Source of the DNA: Haplodiscus bocki
Taxonomy: Eukaryota
Assembly: GCA_965655095.1 (NCBI GenBank)
Contig: OZ296654.1
Span: 86,304,001-86,368,000, forward strand
Length of the DNA: 64,000 nucleotides
Direction: 5' to 3'
This document shows positions 38,401 to 53,400 of this stretch, in pieces. How positions within the stretch are numbered: the stretch's first letter is position 1; each line of letters opens with the position of its first letter. The notes beneath the pieces were generated by a model that saw nothing but the letters and a program-made list of their open reading frames with translations, did not search any database and had not been told where the DNA came from. The position numbers and the translations under genes were made by a program.

Positions 38401-41400
38401 AATATTGAAATGGGAATACGAGTTAATTTGTCGCTACTGCCAAAGCCAAGGGCGGGCGTTTTTTTTCGTTCACTGATAAATTGTTTCGGTTTCTCCATCT
38501 TTCATCTTTTACTACGTGTTAAATCTATCTGGAATCGCAAGGTAGATTTCCTAATCGAAATAAGTTTTGTAAATTCAGTGCGTAACAATGGCCGGCACGT
38601 CTTAGAGTTGATTCGCATATCTTTGATATACACAACGAAAAGTAGACTGACCAGGATAGACCCTTTTTGTACGCCACTTCTAACTAACACTTCTTGTGAA
38701 AAGACTCCATGAACCCGAACTTGCTGTGTTCTGGTGTTCAGTTGGCTAAGTAGGAGCGTCACTATTGGAATACGTTTCCCCGGAAAACCCCATCTGTAGA
38801 GCTTTTCCGGCAGAATGCCGCGATTAATATTATCAAAACCCTTTTCGTAGTCTGTGTAAACTACATGAAGTTCGTCGTCAAAATTCATAGAAATGTGCAA
38901 TTGGTCGAGAGAAATTAGTAATTGAAAAGCGTAGGAACGTTGTTTTGAAGTCAAAACGGGACTTCATTGAACTATGGCTTTAGAAAAGTGTTCAGATTAA
39001 TGAAAAGACAACGCTCAAAGTTTTTCGATATCATGCTCAAGAAAGAGACTTGTCTTCAATTCTCCACATTCAAGTTCAACAATTTTCTGAAAGTTGGACT
39101 AACAATGGAATTCTTCCTACAAGTAGGTGAGGCACATGTTTGTTTAATTTTGCAAAATAAATTGCCCAATGATTTGCTGAGAGTTCTTGGACTTCGTTGA
39201 AATAAGTTACCGTGTAACTCATCTGGACCAGTGCCTTTCTTAGAAACGAAACTCACACATATATGCCGAATTTGCACTTCAGAGACGTTAAAATCGAGCA
39301 GAAACTTCTCAGCAATGCATTTTTCATTGGGATGAAGTCTGTAGATACGGAAAGAATAGAAGCAGAAAATTTAGAGAACAGGTCATTTTGCGACATTAAA
39401 TCAGTCGCAATTTCAATTCCGTAAACTTTTGAAATGGGAATACAAGTTAATTGGTCGCTACTGCCAAAGTCAAGTGCGGGCGTTTTTTTTTCTCAGTGAT
39501 AAACTGTTTCGGTCGCTCCAGCTTTCATCTTTTGTTACGTGTTAAGTCTATCTGGAATTGCAAGGTAGATTTTTTAATCGAATAAATTTTTCCAGATTCA
39601 GCCTATAACACTGGTCAGCACATCTCACAGTTGATTCGCATGTCGTACATATATACAACGAAAAGTAGACTGACCAGGATAGACCCTTGTTGTTCGCCAC
39701 TTGTAACTAGCACTTTTTGTGAAAAGATTCCATGAACCCCAACATGCTGTGTTCTGGTGTTCAGTTGGGTAAAAGCGACGTAACTAATGGAAAACTTTTC
39801 CCCGAACACCCCTTCTGTGGAGCTTTTGCAGCAAAAAGCCGTGATTGCTTTTGTCAAGAGCTTTTTCGTAGTCTGTGTAAACTACATGACATTCGTCGTC
39901 AAAATTCATGGAAACGTGCAATTGGTCGAGAAAAATTAGTAACTGAAAAGCGCAAGAACGTTGTTGTTGAAGCCAAAACGGGAATTCATTGAACCACGGC
40001 TTTAGAAAAGTGTTCAGATTAATGAAAAGACAACGCTCAAAATTTTTCGATATCATGCTCAAGAAAGAGACTTGTCTTTAATTCTCCACATTCAAGTTCA
40101 ACAATTTTCTGAAAGTTGGACTAACAATGGAATTCTTCCTACAAGTAAGTGAGGCACATGTTTGTTTAATTTTGCAAAATAAATTGCACAATGATTTGCT
40201 GAGATTTCTTGGACTTCGTTGAAATAAGTTACCGTGTAACTCATCTGGACCAGTGCCTTTCTTAATAACGAAACTCACAAATATATGCTGAATTTGCTCT
40301 TCAGAGACGTCAAAATCGAGCAGAAACTTCTCAGAAAAGCAATTTTCCGTTTGTATGAAGTCTTTAGTTACGGAAAAAAAAGAAAGAATATACGGAACGG
40401 GTCATTTTGCGACAAAAAATCAGTCGCAATTTCAGTTCTGTAAAACATTGAAATGGGAAAACTAGTTACTTTGTCCCTACTGCCCCAGTCAAATGCGGGC
40501 GTTTTCTTTCGGTCACTGATAAATTGTTTCGGTCACTCCATTTTACACCTTTTACTAGGTGTTACGTCTATGTATAACTGCTAAGTAGATTTTTTATTCA
40601 AAAAAAATTTCACAAACTCAGCGCATAACAATGGTCGGCAGGTCTTACAGTTGATTCGCATGTCGTTGATGAAAACAACGAAGAGTAGACTGACAAAGAT
40701 AGACCCTTGTTGTACGCCACTTGTAACTTGCACTTCTTGTGAAAAGATTCCATGAACCCCAACAAGCTGCGTTCTGGTGTTCAGTTGGGTAAAAGCGACC
40801 GTAACTAATGGAATATTTTTCCCCGAACACCCCTTCTGTGGAGCTTTTGCAGCAGAATGCCGTGATTGCTTTTATCAAGAGCTTTTTCGTAGTCTGTGTA
40901 AACTACATGACATTCATCGTCAAAATTCATGGAAACGTGCAATTGGTCGAGAAAAATTAGTAATTGAAAAGCGCAGGAACGTTGTTGTTGAAGTCAAAAC
41001 GGGAATTCATTGAACTACTGCTTTAGAAAAGTGTTCAGATTAATGAAAAGACAACGCTCAAAATTTTTCGATATCATGCTCAAGAAAGAGACTTGTCTTT
41101 AAATCTCCACATTCAAGTTCAACAATTTTCTGAAAGTTGGACTAACAATAGAGATCATCCGATTAGTTGAAAAGACACCTGTTTGTTTCATTTTGCATAA
41201 TAATTTGCCCAATGATTTGCTGAGAGCTCTTGGACATCGTTTAAATAAGTTAGCGGGTATTTCATTTTGAGCAGTTCCTCACCTAATATCAAGACACTCA
41301 CATATATGTCGAATTTGCTTTCAGAGACGTTAAAATCGAGCAGACACTTCTCAGAAATGCATTTTTCCTTTGGGATGAAATCTGTAGATACGGCAAAAAC

Positions 41401-44400
41401 AGAAGCAAAGAACTTAGAGAACAGGTGACTCTGCGACATTAAGTCAGTCGCAATTTCAATTCTGTAAAATATTGAAATGGGAATACGAGTTAATTTGTCG
41501 CTACTGCCAAAGCCAAGGGCGGGCGTTTTTTTTCGTTCACTGATAAATTGTTTCGGTTTCTCCATCTTTCATCTTTTACTACGTGTTAAATCTATCTGGA
41601 ATCGCAAGGTAGATTTCCTAATCGAAATAAGTTTTGCAAATTCAGTGCGTAACAATGGCCGGCACGTCTTAGAGTTGATTCGCATATCTTTGATATACAC
41701 AACGAAAAGTAGACTGACCAGGATAGACCCTTTTTGTACGCCACTTCTAACTAGCACTTCTTGTGAAAAGATTCCATGAACCCCAACATGCTGTGCTCTC
41801 ATGTTCAGTTGGCTAAGTAGGAGCGTCACTATCGGAATACTTTTCCCCGGAAAACCCCATCTGTAGAGCTTTTCCGGCAGAATGCCGCGATTAATATTAT
41901 CAAAACCCTTTTCGTAGTCTGTGTAAACTACATGAAGTTCGTCGTCAAAATTCATAGAAATATGCAATTGGTCGAGAGAAATTAGTAATTGAAAAGTGTA
42001 GGAACGTTGTTTTGAAGTCAAAACGGGACTTCATTGAACTATGGCTTTAGAAAAGTGTTCAGATTATTGAAAAGACAACGCTCAAAGTTTTTCGATATCA
42101 TGCTCAAGAAAGAGACTTGTCTTTAATTCTCCACATTCAAGTTCAACAATTTTCTGAAAGTTGGACTAACAATGGAATTCTTCCTACAAGTAGGTGAGGC
42201 ACATGTTTGTTTAATTTTGCAAAATAAATTGCCCAATGATTTGCTGAGAGTTCTTGGACTTCGTTGAAATAAGTTACCGTGTAACTCATCTGGACCAGTG
42301 CCTTTCTTAGAAACGAAACTCACACATATATGCCGAATTTGCTCTTCAGAGACGTTAAAATCGAGCAGAAACTTCTCAGCAATGCTTTTTTCGTTGGGAT
42401 GAAGTCTGTAGATACGGAAAGAATAGAAGCAGAAAATTTAGAGAACAGGCCATTTTGCGACATTAAATCAGTCGCATATTCAATTCCGTAAACTATTGAA
42501 ATGGGAATGCGAGTTAACTTGTTAGCTACTGCCAAAGTCAAGAGCCGACGTTTTTTTTTTTAATGATGAATTGTTTTGGTCAGTCCATCTTTCATCTCTT
42601 TTTACGTGTTGAAACTATCTGGAATTGCCAAGTAGATTTTTAATCAAAAAAAATTTACAAACTCAGCGCATAACAATGGTCGGCAGGCCTTACAGTTGAT
42701 TCGCATGTCGTTGATGAAAACAACGAAGAGTAGACTGACAAAGATAGACCCTTGCTGTACGCCACTTGTAACTAGCACTTCTTGTGAAAAGATTCCATGA
42801 ACCCCAACATGCTGTGTTCTCATGTTCAGTTGGCTAAGTAGGAGCGTCACTATTGAAATACTTTTCCCCAGAAAACCCCATCTGTAGAGCTTTTCGGGCA
42901 GAATGCCGCGATTAATATTATCAAAACCCTTTTCGTAGTCTGTGTAAACTACATGAAGTTCGTCGTCAAAATTCATGGAAATGTGCAATTGGTCGAGAGA
43001 AATTAGTAATTGAAAAGCGCAGGAACGTTGTTTTGAAGTCAAAACGGGACTTCATTGAACTATGGCTTTAAAAAAGTGTTCAGATTAATGAACAGACAAC
43101 GCTCAAAGTTTTTCGATATCATGCTCAAGAAAGAGGCTTGTCTTTAATTCTCCACATTCAAGTTCAACAATTTTCTGAAAGTTGGACTAACAATGGAATT
43201 CTTCCTACAAGTAGGTGAGGCACATGTTTGTTTAATTTCGCAAACTAAATTGCCCAATGATTTGCTGAGAGTTCTTGGACTTCGTTGAAATAAGTTACCG
43301 TGTAACTCATCTGGACCAGTGCCTTTCTTAATAACGAAACTCACAAAGATATGCTGAATTTGCTCTTCAGAGACGTTAAAATCGAGCAAAAATTTCTCAG
43401 CATTGCATTTTTTGTCGGGATGAAGTCTGTAGATACGGAAAAAATAGAAGCAGAAATTTTAGAGAACAGGTCATTTTGCGACATTAAATCAGTCGCAATT
43501 TCTATTCCGTAAACTTTTGAAATGGGAATACAAGTTAATTGGTCGCTACTGCCAAAGTTAAGTGCGGTCGTTTTTTTTGTTCAGTGATAAACTGTTTCGG
43601 TCGCTCCAGCTTTCATCTTTTGTTACGTGTTAAGTCTATCTGGAATTGCAAGGTAGATTTTTTAATCGAAATAATTTTTCCAGATTCAGCGCATAACACT
43701 GGTCGGCACGTCTTACAAATGATTCGCATGTCGTTGATATAAGCAACGATTAGTAGCGTGACAAAGATAGACTTTTTATTGTACGCCAGTTGTAACTAGC
43801 ACTTCTTGTGAAAAGTTTCCATGAACCCTAACACGCTGTGTTCTGGTGTTCAGCTGGCTAAGTAGGTGCGTAAATATTTGAATACGTCTCCCCGAACACC
43901 CAATCTGTAGAGCGTTTCCAGCAGAACAACGCCGTGATTGACATTATCAAGGGCTTTTTCGCAGTCTGTGTAATTTACATGAATTCATGAATTTCGTCGT
44001 CAAAATTTAGGGAATTGTGCACTTGTTCGAGAAAAATTGGTAATTGAATAGCACTAAAACGTTGTTTTCGAAGTTAAAACGGGAATTCACTGAACTATGG
44101 CATTAGAAAAATGTACAGGTTTTTGAAAAGACAAAGCTCAAGATTTTTCGATATGATGCTCAGGAGAGAGCCTTGTCTTCAATTCTGTATATGCGAGTTC
44201 AACTATTTTCTGAAAGTTGGACTAACAATAGAAATCATTCGATTAGTAGAAAAAACACCTGATTGCTTCATTTTGCATAAAAAATTGCCCAATGATTTGC
44301 TGAGATTTCTTGGACATCGTTTAAATAAGTTAGCGGGTAACTCATCCGGACCAGTGCCTTACTAAATATCAAGACTCTCACATTTAAGCCGAATTTGCTT

Positions 44401-47400
44401 TCAGAGGCGTTAAGATCGAGCAGGCAATTCTCAGAAATGAATTTTCCATTAGGATGAAATCTGTAGATACGGCAAAAAAAGACGCAAAGAGTTTAGAGAA
44501 CAGGTCACTTTCCGACAATATTTCAATCGCCTGATCATTTCTGTAAACTATAGAAATGGGAATACGAGTTGGAGGAGCAATAAACCTTCTAATGTGTTCG
44601 TTGACGGCTAATTGAATAGCGCAAAAACGTTGTTTTCGAAGTCAAAACGGGAATTCAGTGAATTATGGATTTAGAAAAAAGTACAGGTGAATAAAAAGAC
44701 AACGCTCAAGAATTTTCAATATAATGCTCAAAAGATAGACTTGTCAATAATTCTCTACATTCGAGTGCAAACTTTTCTGAAAGTTGAGCTAACAATAAAG
44801 TTCTTCCGACAAGTAGGGAAGACACCTATTTGATTAATTTTGTATTTTGAAGTGCCCAATGATTTGCTGAGAGTTCTTGCACATCCTTTGAAAAAGTTAG
44901 CGGGTTACTCATCTGGACCAGTGCCTTTCCCATTATAAAGACTCTCACATATTGGCTGAATTTGCTCTTCAGAGACGCTAGAAACGAGCAAAAACTTTTC
45001 AGAGTTGTATTTTTATTTTGGGATGAAGTCTGTAGAAACGGCAAAAAATCAAAGAATTTAGAGAACAGGTCATTTTGCGACATTAAATCACTCGCAATTT
45101 CAATTCCGTACACTATTGAAATGGGAAGGTGAGTTAACTTGTTAGCTACTGCCAAAGTCAAGAGCCGGCGTTTTCTTTTGTTCACTGATGAATTGTTTTG
45201 GTCAGTCCATCTTTCATCTCTTTTTACGTGTTAAAACTATCTGGAATTGCCAAGTAGATTTTTATTCAAAAAAATATACAAACTCAGCGCATAACAATGG
45301 TCGGCAGGTCTTACAGTTGATTCGCATGTCAATGATAAAAACAACGAAGAGTAGACTGACAAAGATAGACCCTTGTTGTACGCCACTTGTAACTAGCACT
45401 TCTTGTGAAAAGCTTCCATGAACCCCAACATGCTGTGTTCTGGTGTTCAGTTGGCTAAGTAGGAGCGTCACTATTGGAATACTTTTCCCCCGAAAACCCC
45501 ATCTGTAGAGCTTTGCCGACAGAATGCCGCAATTAATAATATCAAAACCCTTTTCGTAGTCTGTGTAAACTACCTGAATTTCGTCGTCAAAATTCATGGA
45601 AATGTGCAATTGGTCGAGAAAAATTAGTAATTGAAAAGAGCAGGAACGTTGTTTTGAAGTCAAAACGGGACTTCACTGAACTATGGCTTTAGAAATTTGT
45701 ACAGGTTATTGAAAAGACAACGCTCAATAATTTTGGTTATAATGCTCAAGAGAAAGACTTGTCTTTAATTCTCTACATTCGAGTGCAACCCTTTTCAGAA
45801 AGTTGGACAAACAAAAGAGATCTTCCAAATAGTGGAAAAGACACCTGTTTGTTTCATTTTGCATAATAAATTGCCCAATGATTTGCTGAGAGTTCTTGGA
45901 CTTCGTTGAAATAAGTTACCGTGTAACTCATCTGGACCAGTGCCTTTCTTAATAACGAAACTCACAAATATATGCTGAATTTGCTCTTCAGAGACGTTAA
46001 AATCGAGCAAAAACTTCTCAGCAAGGTATTTTTTGTTGGGATGAAGTCTGTAGATACGGAAAAAATAGGAGCAGAAAATTTAGAGAACAGGTCATTTTGC
46101 GACATTAAATCACTCGCAACTTCAATTCCGTAAACTATTGATATCGCAAAACGAGGTAATTGGTCGCTACTGCCAAAGTCAAGTGCGGGCGTTTTTTTGT
46201 TCAGTGATAAACTGTTTCGGTCGCTCCAGCTTTCATCTTTTGTTACGTGTTAAGTCTATCTGGAATTGCAAGGTAGATATTTTAATCGAAATAATTTTTC
46301 CAGATTCAGCGCATAACACTGGTCGGCACGTCTTACAAATGATTCGCATATCGTTGATGTAAGCAACGATTAGTAGAGTGACAAATATAGACTTTTTATT
46401 GTACGCCAGTTGTAACTAGCACTTCTTGTGAAAAGTTTCCATGAACCCTAACACGCTGTGTTCTGGTGTTCAGCTGGCTAAGTAGGCGCGTAAATATTTG
46501 AATACGTCTCCCCGAACACCCATTCTGAAGAACTTTTCCAGCAGAACAACGCCGTGATTGAACTTATCCAGGGCTTTTTCGTAGTCTGTGTAATTTAGCT
46601 GTATTTCGTCGTCAAAATTCATGGAAATGTGCAATTGGTCGAGAAAATTTAGTAATTGAAAAGCGCAAAAACTTTGTTTCTGAAGTTAAAACGGCAATTC
46701 AATGAAATATGGCTTTAGAAAAGTGTACAAGTTAATGAAAAAACAACGTTCAAGGATTTTCGAGTTGATGCTGAAGAGAGGGGCTGGTCTTTCATTCTCC
46801 ACATTCAAGTTCAACCCTTTTCTGAAGGTTGGATTAACAATAGAGTTCATCCGATAATAGACTAGACAACTGTTTATTTAATTATGCACAAATAGTTGTC
46901 CAATGATTTGCGGAGAAATCTTGGACATCATTTAAAAAATATAGCGCGTAGCTCATCTGGACCAGTGCCTTTCCTAATATCAAGACTCTCACATATAGGC
47001 TGAATTTGCTCTTAAGAGACGTCAAAGTCGAGCAGAAACTTCTCATAAATGCATTTTCCCCTGGGGATGAAGTCTGTAGAAACGGCAAAACTAGAAGCAA
47101 AGAATTTAGGGAACATGTCACTGTGCGACATTAAGTCAGTCGCAATTTCAATTCTGTAATGTATTGAAGTGGGAAAACGAGTTAATTTGTTAGCTTCTGC
47201 CAAAGTCAAGGGCGGGCGTTTTCTTTCGTTCACTGATAAATTGTTTCGGTCACTCCATCTTTCATCTTTTACTACGTGTTAAATCTATCTGGAATCGCAA
47301 GGTAGATTTCTTAATCGAAATAAGTTTTGCAAATTTAGTGCGTAACAATGGCCGGCACGTCTTAGAGTTGATTCGCATATCTTTGATATACACAACGAAA

Positions 47401-50400
47401 AGTAGGCTGACCAGGTTAGACCCTTTTTGTACGCCACTTCTAACTAGCACTTCTTGTGAAAAGATTCCATGAACCCCAACATGCTGTGTTCTCGTGTTCA
47501 GTTGGCTAAGTAGGAGCGTCACTATTGGAATACTTTTCCCCGGAAAACCCCATCTGTAGAGCTTTTCCGGCAGAATGCCGCGATTAGTATTATCAAAACC
47601 CTTTTCGTAGTCTGTGTAAACTACATGAAGTTCGTCGTCAAAATTCATGGGAATGTGCAATTAGTCGAGAGAAATTATTAATTGAAAAGCGCAGGAGCGT
47701 TGTTTTGAAGTCAAAACGGGACTTCATTGAACTATGGCTTTAGAAAAGTGTTCAGATTAATGAAAAGACAACGCTCAAAGTTTTTCGATATCATGCTCAA
47801 GAAAGAGACTTGTCTTTAATTCTCCACATTCAAGTTCAACAATTTTCTGAAAGTTGGACTAACAATGGAATTCTTCCTACAAGTAGGTGAGGCACATGTT
47901 TGTTTAATTTCGCAAAATAAATTGCCCAATGATTTGCTGAGAGTTCTTGGACTTCGTTGAAATAAGTTACCGTGTAACTCATCTGGACCAGTGCCTTTCT
48001 TAATAACGAAACTCACAAATATATGCTGAATTTGCTCTTCAGAGACGTCAAAATCGAGCAGAAACTTCTCAGAAATGCAATTTTCCGTTTGTATGAAGTC
48101 TTTAGGTACGGAAAAAAAGAAAGAATTTACGGAACAGGTCATTTTGCGACAAAAAATCAGTCGCAATATCAGTTCTGTAAAACATTGAAATGGGAAAACT
48201 AGTTACTTTGTCCCTACTGCCCCAGTCAAGTGCGGGCGTTTTCTTTCGGTCACTGATAAATTGTTTCGGTCACTCCATCTTACAGCTTTTACTAGGTGTT
48301 ACGTCTATGTATAACAACTAAGTAGATTTTTTGTTCGAATCATCTTCTGCAAATTCAGCGCACAACAATGGTCGACACGAGTTACACTTGATTCGCATGT
48401 TGTTGATATACACAGCTAAGTGTAGACTGACAAAGATTGACCCTTGTTGTACGCCACTTGTAACTAGCACTTCTCGTGAAAAGGTTCAATGAACCCCAAC
48501 ACGCTGTGTTCTGGTGTTCAGTTAGCTAAGTAGGAGCGTCACTATTGGATTACTTTTCCCCCGAAAACCCCTTCTGTAGAGCTTTTCCGGCAGAATGCCG
48601 CGATTAATATTATCAAAACCCTTTTCGTAATCTGTGTAAACTACATGAATTTTTTCGTCAAAAGTTAAGGAAATGTGCCCTTGATCGAGAAAATTCAGTA
48701 ACTGAATAGCGCAAAAACGTTGTTTTTGAAGTTAAAACGGGAATTCAGTGAACGACGCTTTCAGAAAAATTTACAGGTTTTTGAAAAGACAACGCTCAAA
48801 AATTTTCGATATGATGCTCAAGAAAGAGACTTGTCTTTAATTCTCCACATTCAAGATCCACCTTTTTCTGAAAGTTGAGCTAACAACAGAGCTCTTCTGA
48901 CCAGTAAGGAAGACACCTGTTTGTTTAATTTTGTATAATAAAATGCCCAATGATTTGCTGTGAGTACACACACATAGTTTAAATAAATTAGCGGGTTACT
49001 CATCTGAACTAGTGCCTTTCCTAATATGAGAACTATCACATATTGGCTGAATTTGCTTTCACAGACGTTAAAATCGAGCAGACACTTCTCAGAAATGCAT
49101 TTTTCTTTTGGGATGAAATCTGTAGATATGGCTAAAACAGAAGCAAAGAACTTAGAGAACAGGTGACTTTGCGACATTAAGTCAGTCGCAATTTCAATTC
49201 TGTAAAATATTGAAATGGGAATACGAGTTAATTTGTCGCTACTGCCAAAGTCAAGGGCGGGCGTTTTCTTTCGTTCACTGATAAATTGTTTCGGTCACTC
49301 CATCTTTCATTTTTTTCTACGTGTGAAGTTTATCTGGAAATGCAAGGTTGATTTTTTAATCGAAATAAGTTTTACAAACTCAATGCATAACAATGGTCAG
49401 CACATCTCACAGTTGATTCGCATGTCGTTGATATAAACAGCGAAGAGTAGACTGACAAAGATAGACCCTTGTTGTACGCCACTTGTAACTAGCACTTCTC
49501 GTGAAAAGATTCAATGAACCCCAACACGCTGTGTTCTGGAGTTCAGTTGGCTAAGTACGACCGTAACTAATTGAATACTTTTCCCCGAACACCCCTTCTG
49601 TAGAAGTTTTGCAGCAGAATGCCGTGATTGATTTTATCAAGAGCTTTTCGTAATCTGTGTAAACTACATGAATTTCGTCATCAAAAATCAAGAAATTGTG
49701 AACTTGGTTGAGAAAATTTAGAAATTGAATTGCGCAAGAACGTTGTTTTTTAAGTCAAAAGGGGAAATCAATGAACTATGGCTGTGCAAAATTGTACAGG
49801 ATATTGATGAGACAACGCTCGAGAGTTTTCGTTATGATGCTCAAAAGAAACACTTGTATTTATTACTCTACATTCGAGTGCAACCTTTTCTGAAAGTTGA
49901 GCTGACAATAGAGTTCTTCTGACAAGTAAGGAAGACACCTGTTTGTTTAATGTTGTATAATAAATTGCCCAATGATTTGCTGTGACTTCTTACACATCGT
50001 TTATAAAAGTTAACGGGTAACTCATCTGGAACAGTGCCTTGCCTAATATCAAGACTATCACATATATGCTGATATTGCTCTTCAGAAACTTTAAAATTGA
50101 GCAGAAAATTTTCAGAAATGCAATCTTCCATTGAAACGAAGTCTGTAGATACGGCAAAAATTAAAGGAAAGACTTTAGAGGAAAGGTCACTTCGCAACAT
50201 TTAATCAGTCGCAATTTCGATTCTGTAAAATATTGAAGAGGGAATACGAGTTAATTTGTCGCAACTGCCAATGTCAAGTGCGGGCGTTTTTTTTTGTTCA
50301 CTGATAAATTGTTTCAGTCACTCCATCTTCCATTTTTTTTACGTGTTAAGTCTATCTGGAATTGCCAGGTAGATATTTTATTCAAAATAAATTTTACAAA

Positions 50401-53400
50401 CTCAGCGCATAACAATGATTGGCACGTCTTACAGTTGATTCGCATGTCGTTGGTAAAAACAGCGCAGAGTAGACTGACAAAGATAGACCCTTGTTGTACG
50501 GCACTTGTAACTACCACTTCTCGTGATAAGCTTCCGTGAACCCCAGCACGATGTGTTCTGGTCTTCATTTGGCTAAGTAGGACCGTAACCAATCGAATAG
50601 TTTCCCCCCAAAAACCATTTCTGTAGAGATTTTCCCGCAGAATGCCGCGATCGATATTATCAAAACCTTTTTCGTAATCTGTGTAGACAACACGAATTTC
50701 GTCGTCAAAATTTTGGGAATTGTGCACTTGGTCGAAAAAAATTAGTAAATGAATAGCGCAAAAACGTTGTTTTCGGAGTCAAAACGGGAATTCACTGAAC
50801 TAAGGCTTTGGAAAATTGTACAGGTTATTGGAAAGACAACGCTCAACAATTTTCGATATGATGCTCAAGATAGAGACTTGTCTTTAATTCTCCACAATCA
50901 AGTTCAACCCTTTTCTGAAAGTTGGACTAACAATAGAGATCATCCAAGTATTAGAAAAGACACCTGTTTGTTTCATTTTGCATAATAAATGGTCCAATGA
51001 TTTGGTGAGAGCTCTTGCACATCGTTTAAATAAGTTAGCGGGTATTTCATTTTGACCAGTGCCTCACCTAATATCAAGACTCTCACATATATGCCGAATT
51101 TGCTTTCAGAGACGTTAAAATCGAGCAGACACTTCTCAGAAATGCATTTTTCTTTTGGGATGAAATCTGTAGATATGGCTAAAACAGAAGCAAAGAACTT
51201 GGAGAACAGGTGACTTTGCGACATTAAGTCATCGCAATTTCAATTCTGTAAAATATTGAAATGGGAATACGAGTTAATTTGTCGCTACTGCCAAAGTCAA
51301 GGGCGGGCGTTTTCTTTCGTTCACTGATAAATTGTTTCGGTCACTCCATCTTTCATCTTTTACTACGTGTTAAATCTATCTGGAATCGCAAGGTAGATTT
51401 CTTAATCGAAATAAGTTTTGCAAATTCAGTGCATAAAAATGGCCGGCACGTCTTAGAGTTGATTCGCATATCGTTGATATAAACAACGAAGAGTAGACTG
51501 GCAAAGATAGACCCTTGTTGTAGGCCACTTGTAACTAGCACTTCATGTGAAAAGATTCCATCAAACCAACAGGCTGTGTTCTGGTGTTCAGTTGGCTAAG
51601 TACGACCGTAACTAATCGAATTCTTTTCCCTGAACACCCCTTCTGTAGAGCTTTTCCAGCAGAATGCTGTGATTAATGTTATCACGGGTTTCTTCGTAAT
51701 CTGTGTATTTTACATGAATTCATGACTTTTGTCGTCAAAATTTAGGGAATTGTGCACTTGGTCGAGAAAAAATAGTAATTGAAAAGCGCAAAAACGTTGT
51801 TTTTGAAGTCAAAACGGGAATTCACTGAACTATGGCTTTGGAAAAATGTACGGGTTAATAAAACGACAACGCTGAAGAATTTTCAATATGATGCTCAAGA
51901 GAGAGACTTGTCTTCAATTCTCTACATTCGAGTGCAAACCTTTTCTGAAAGATGAACTAACAATGGAATTCTTCCTACAAGTAGGTGAGGCACATGTTTG
52001 TTTAATTTTGCATAATAAATTGGCCAATGATTTGCTGAGAGTTCTTGGACTTCGTTTAATTAAGTTAGCGTGTAACTGATGTGGACCAGTGCCTTTCTTA
52101 GAAACGAAACTCACACATATATGCTGAATTTGCACTTCAGAGACGTTAAAATCGAGCAGATACTTCTCAGCAATGCATTTTTCGTTGGGATCAAGTCTGT
52201 AGATACGGAAAATATAGAAGCAGAAAATTTAGAGAACAGGTCATTTTGCGACATTAAATCAGTCGCAATTTCAATTCCGTAAACTTTTGAAATGGCAATA
52301 CAAGTTAATTGGTCGCTACTGCCAAAGTTAAGTGCGGGCGTTTTTTTTGTTCAGTGATAAACTGTTTCGGTCGCTCCAGCTTTCATCTTTTGTTACGTGT
52401 TAAGTCTATCTGGAATTGCAAGGTAGATTTTTTAATCGAAATAGTTTTTCCAGATTCAGCGCATAACACTGGTCAGCACATCTCACAGTTGATTCGCATG
52501 TCGTTGATATATACAACGAGAAGTAGACTGACCAGGATAGACCCTTGTTGTTCGCCACTTGTAACTAGCAATTCTTGTGAAAAGATTCCATGATTCCCAA
52601 CATGCTGTGTTCTGGTGTTCAGTTGGGTAAAAGCGACCGTAACTAATGGAATACTTTTCCCCGAACAACCTTTCTGTGGAGCTTTTGCAGCAGAATGCCG
52701 TGATTGCTTTTATCAAGAGCTTTTTTGTAGTCTGTGTAAACTACATGACATTCGTCATCAAATTTCATGGAAACGTGCAATTGGTCGAGAAAAAATAGTA
52801 ATTGAAAAGCGCAAGAACGTTGTTGTTGAAGTCAAAAGGGGAATTCATTGAACTACGGCTTTAGAAAAGTGTTTAGATTAATGAAAAGTCAACGCTCAAA
52901 ATTTTTCGATATCATGCTCAAGAAAGAGACTTGTCTTTATTTCTCCACATTCAAGTTCAACAATTTTCTGAAAGTTGGACTAACAATAGAGATCGTCCGA
53001 TTAGTTGAAAAGACACCTGTTTGTTTCATTTTGCATGATAAATTGCCCAAAGATTTGCTGAGAGCTCTTGGACATCGTTTAAATAAGTTAGCGGGTATTT
53101 CATTTTGATCAGTGCCTCACCTAATATCAAGACTGTCACATATATGTCGAATTTGCTTTCAGAGACGTTAAAATCGAGCAGACACTTCTCAGAAATCCAT
53201 TTTTCCTTTGGGATGAATCTGTAGATACGGCAAAAACAGAAGCAAAGAACTTAGAGAACAGGTGACTTTGCGACATTAAGTCAGTCGCAATTTCAATTCT
53301 GTAAAATATTGAAATGGGAATACGAGTTAATTTGTCTCTACTGCCAACGTCAAGTGCGGGCGTTTTCTTTTTTTCACTGATAAATTGTTGCGGTCACTCC

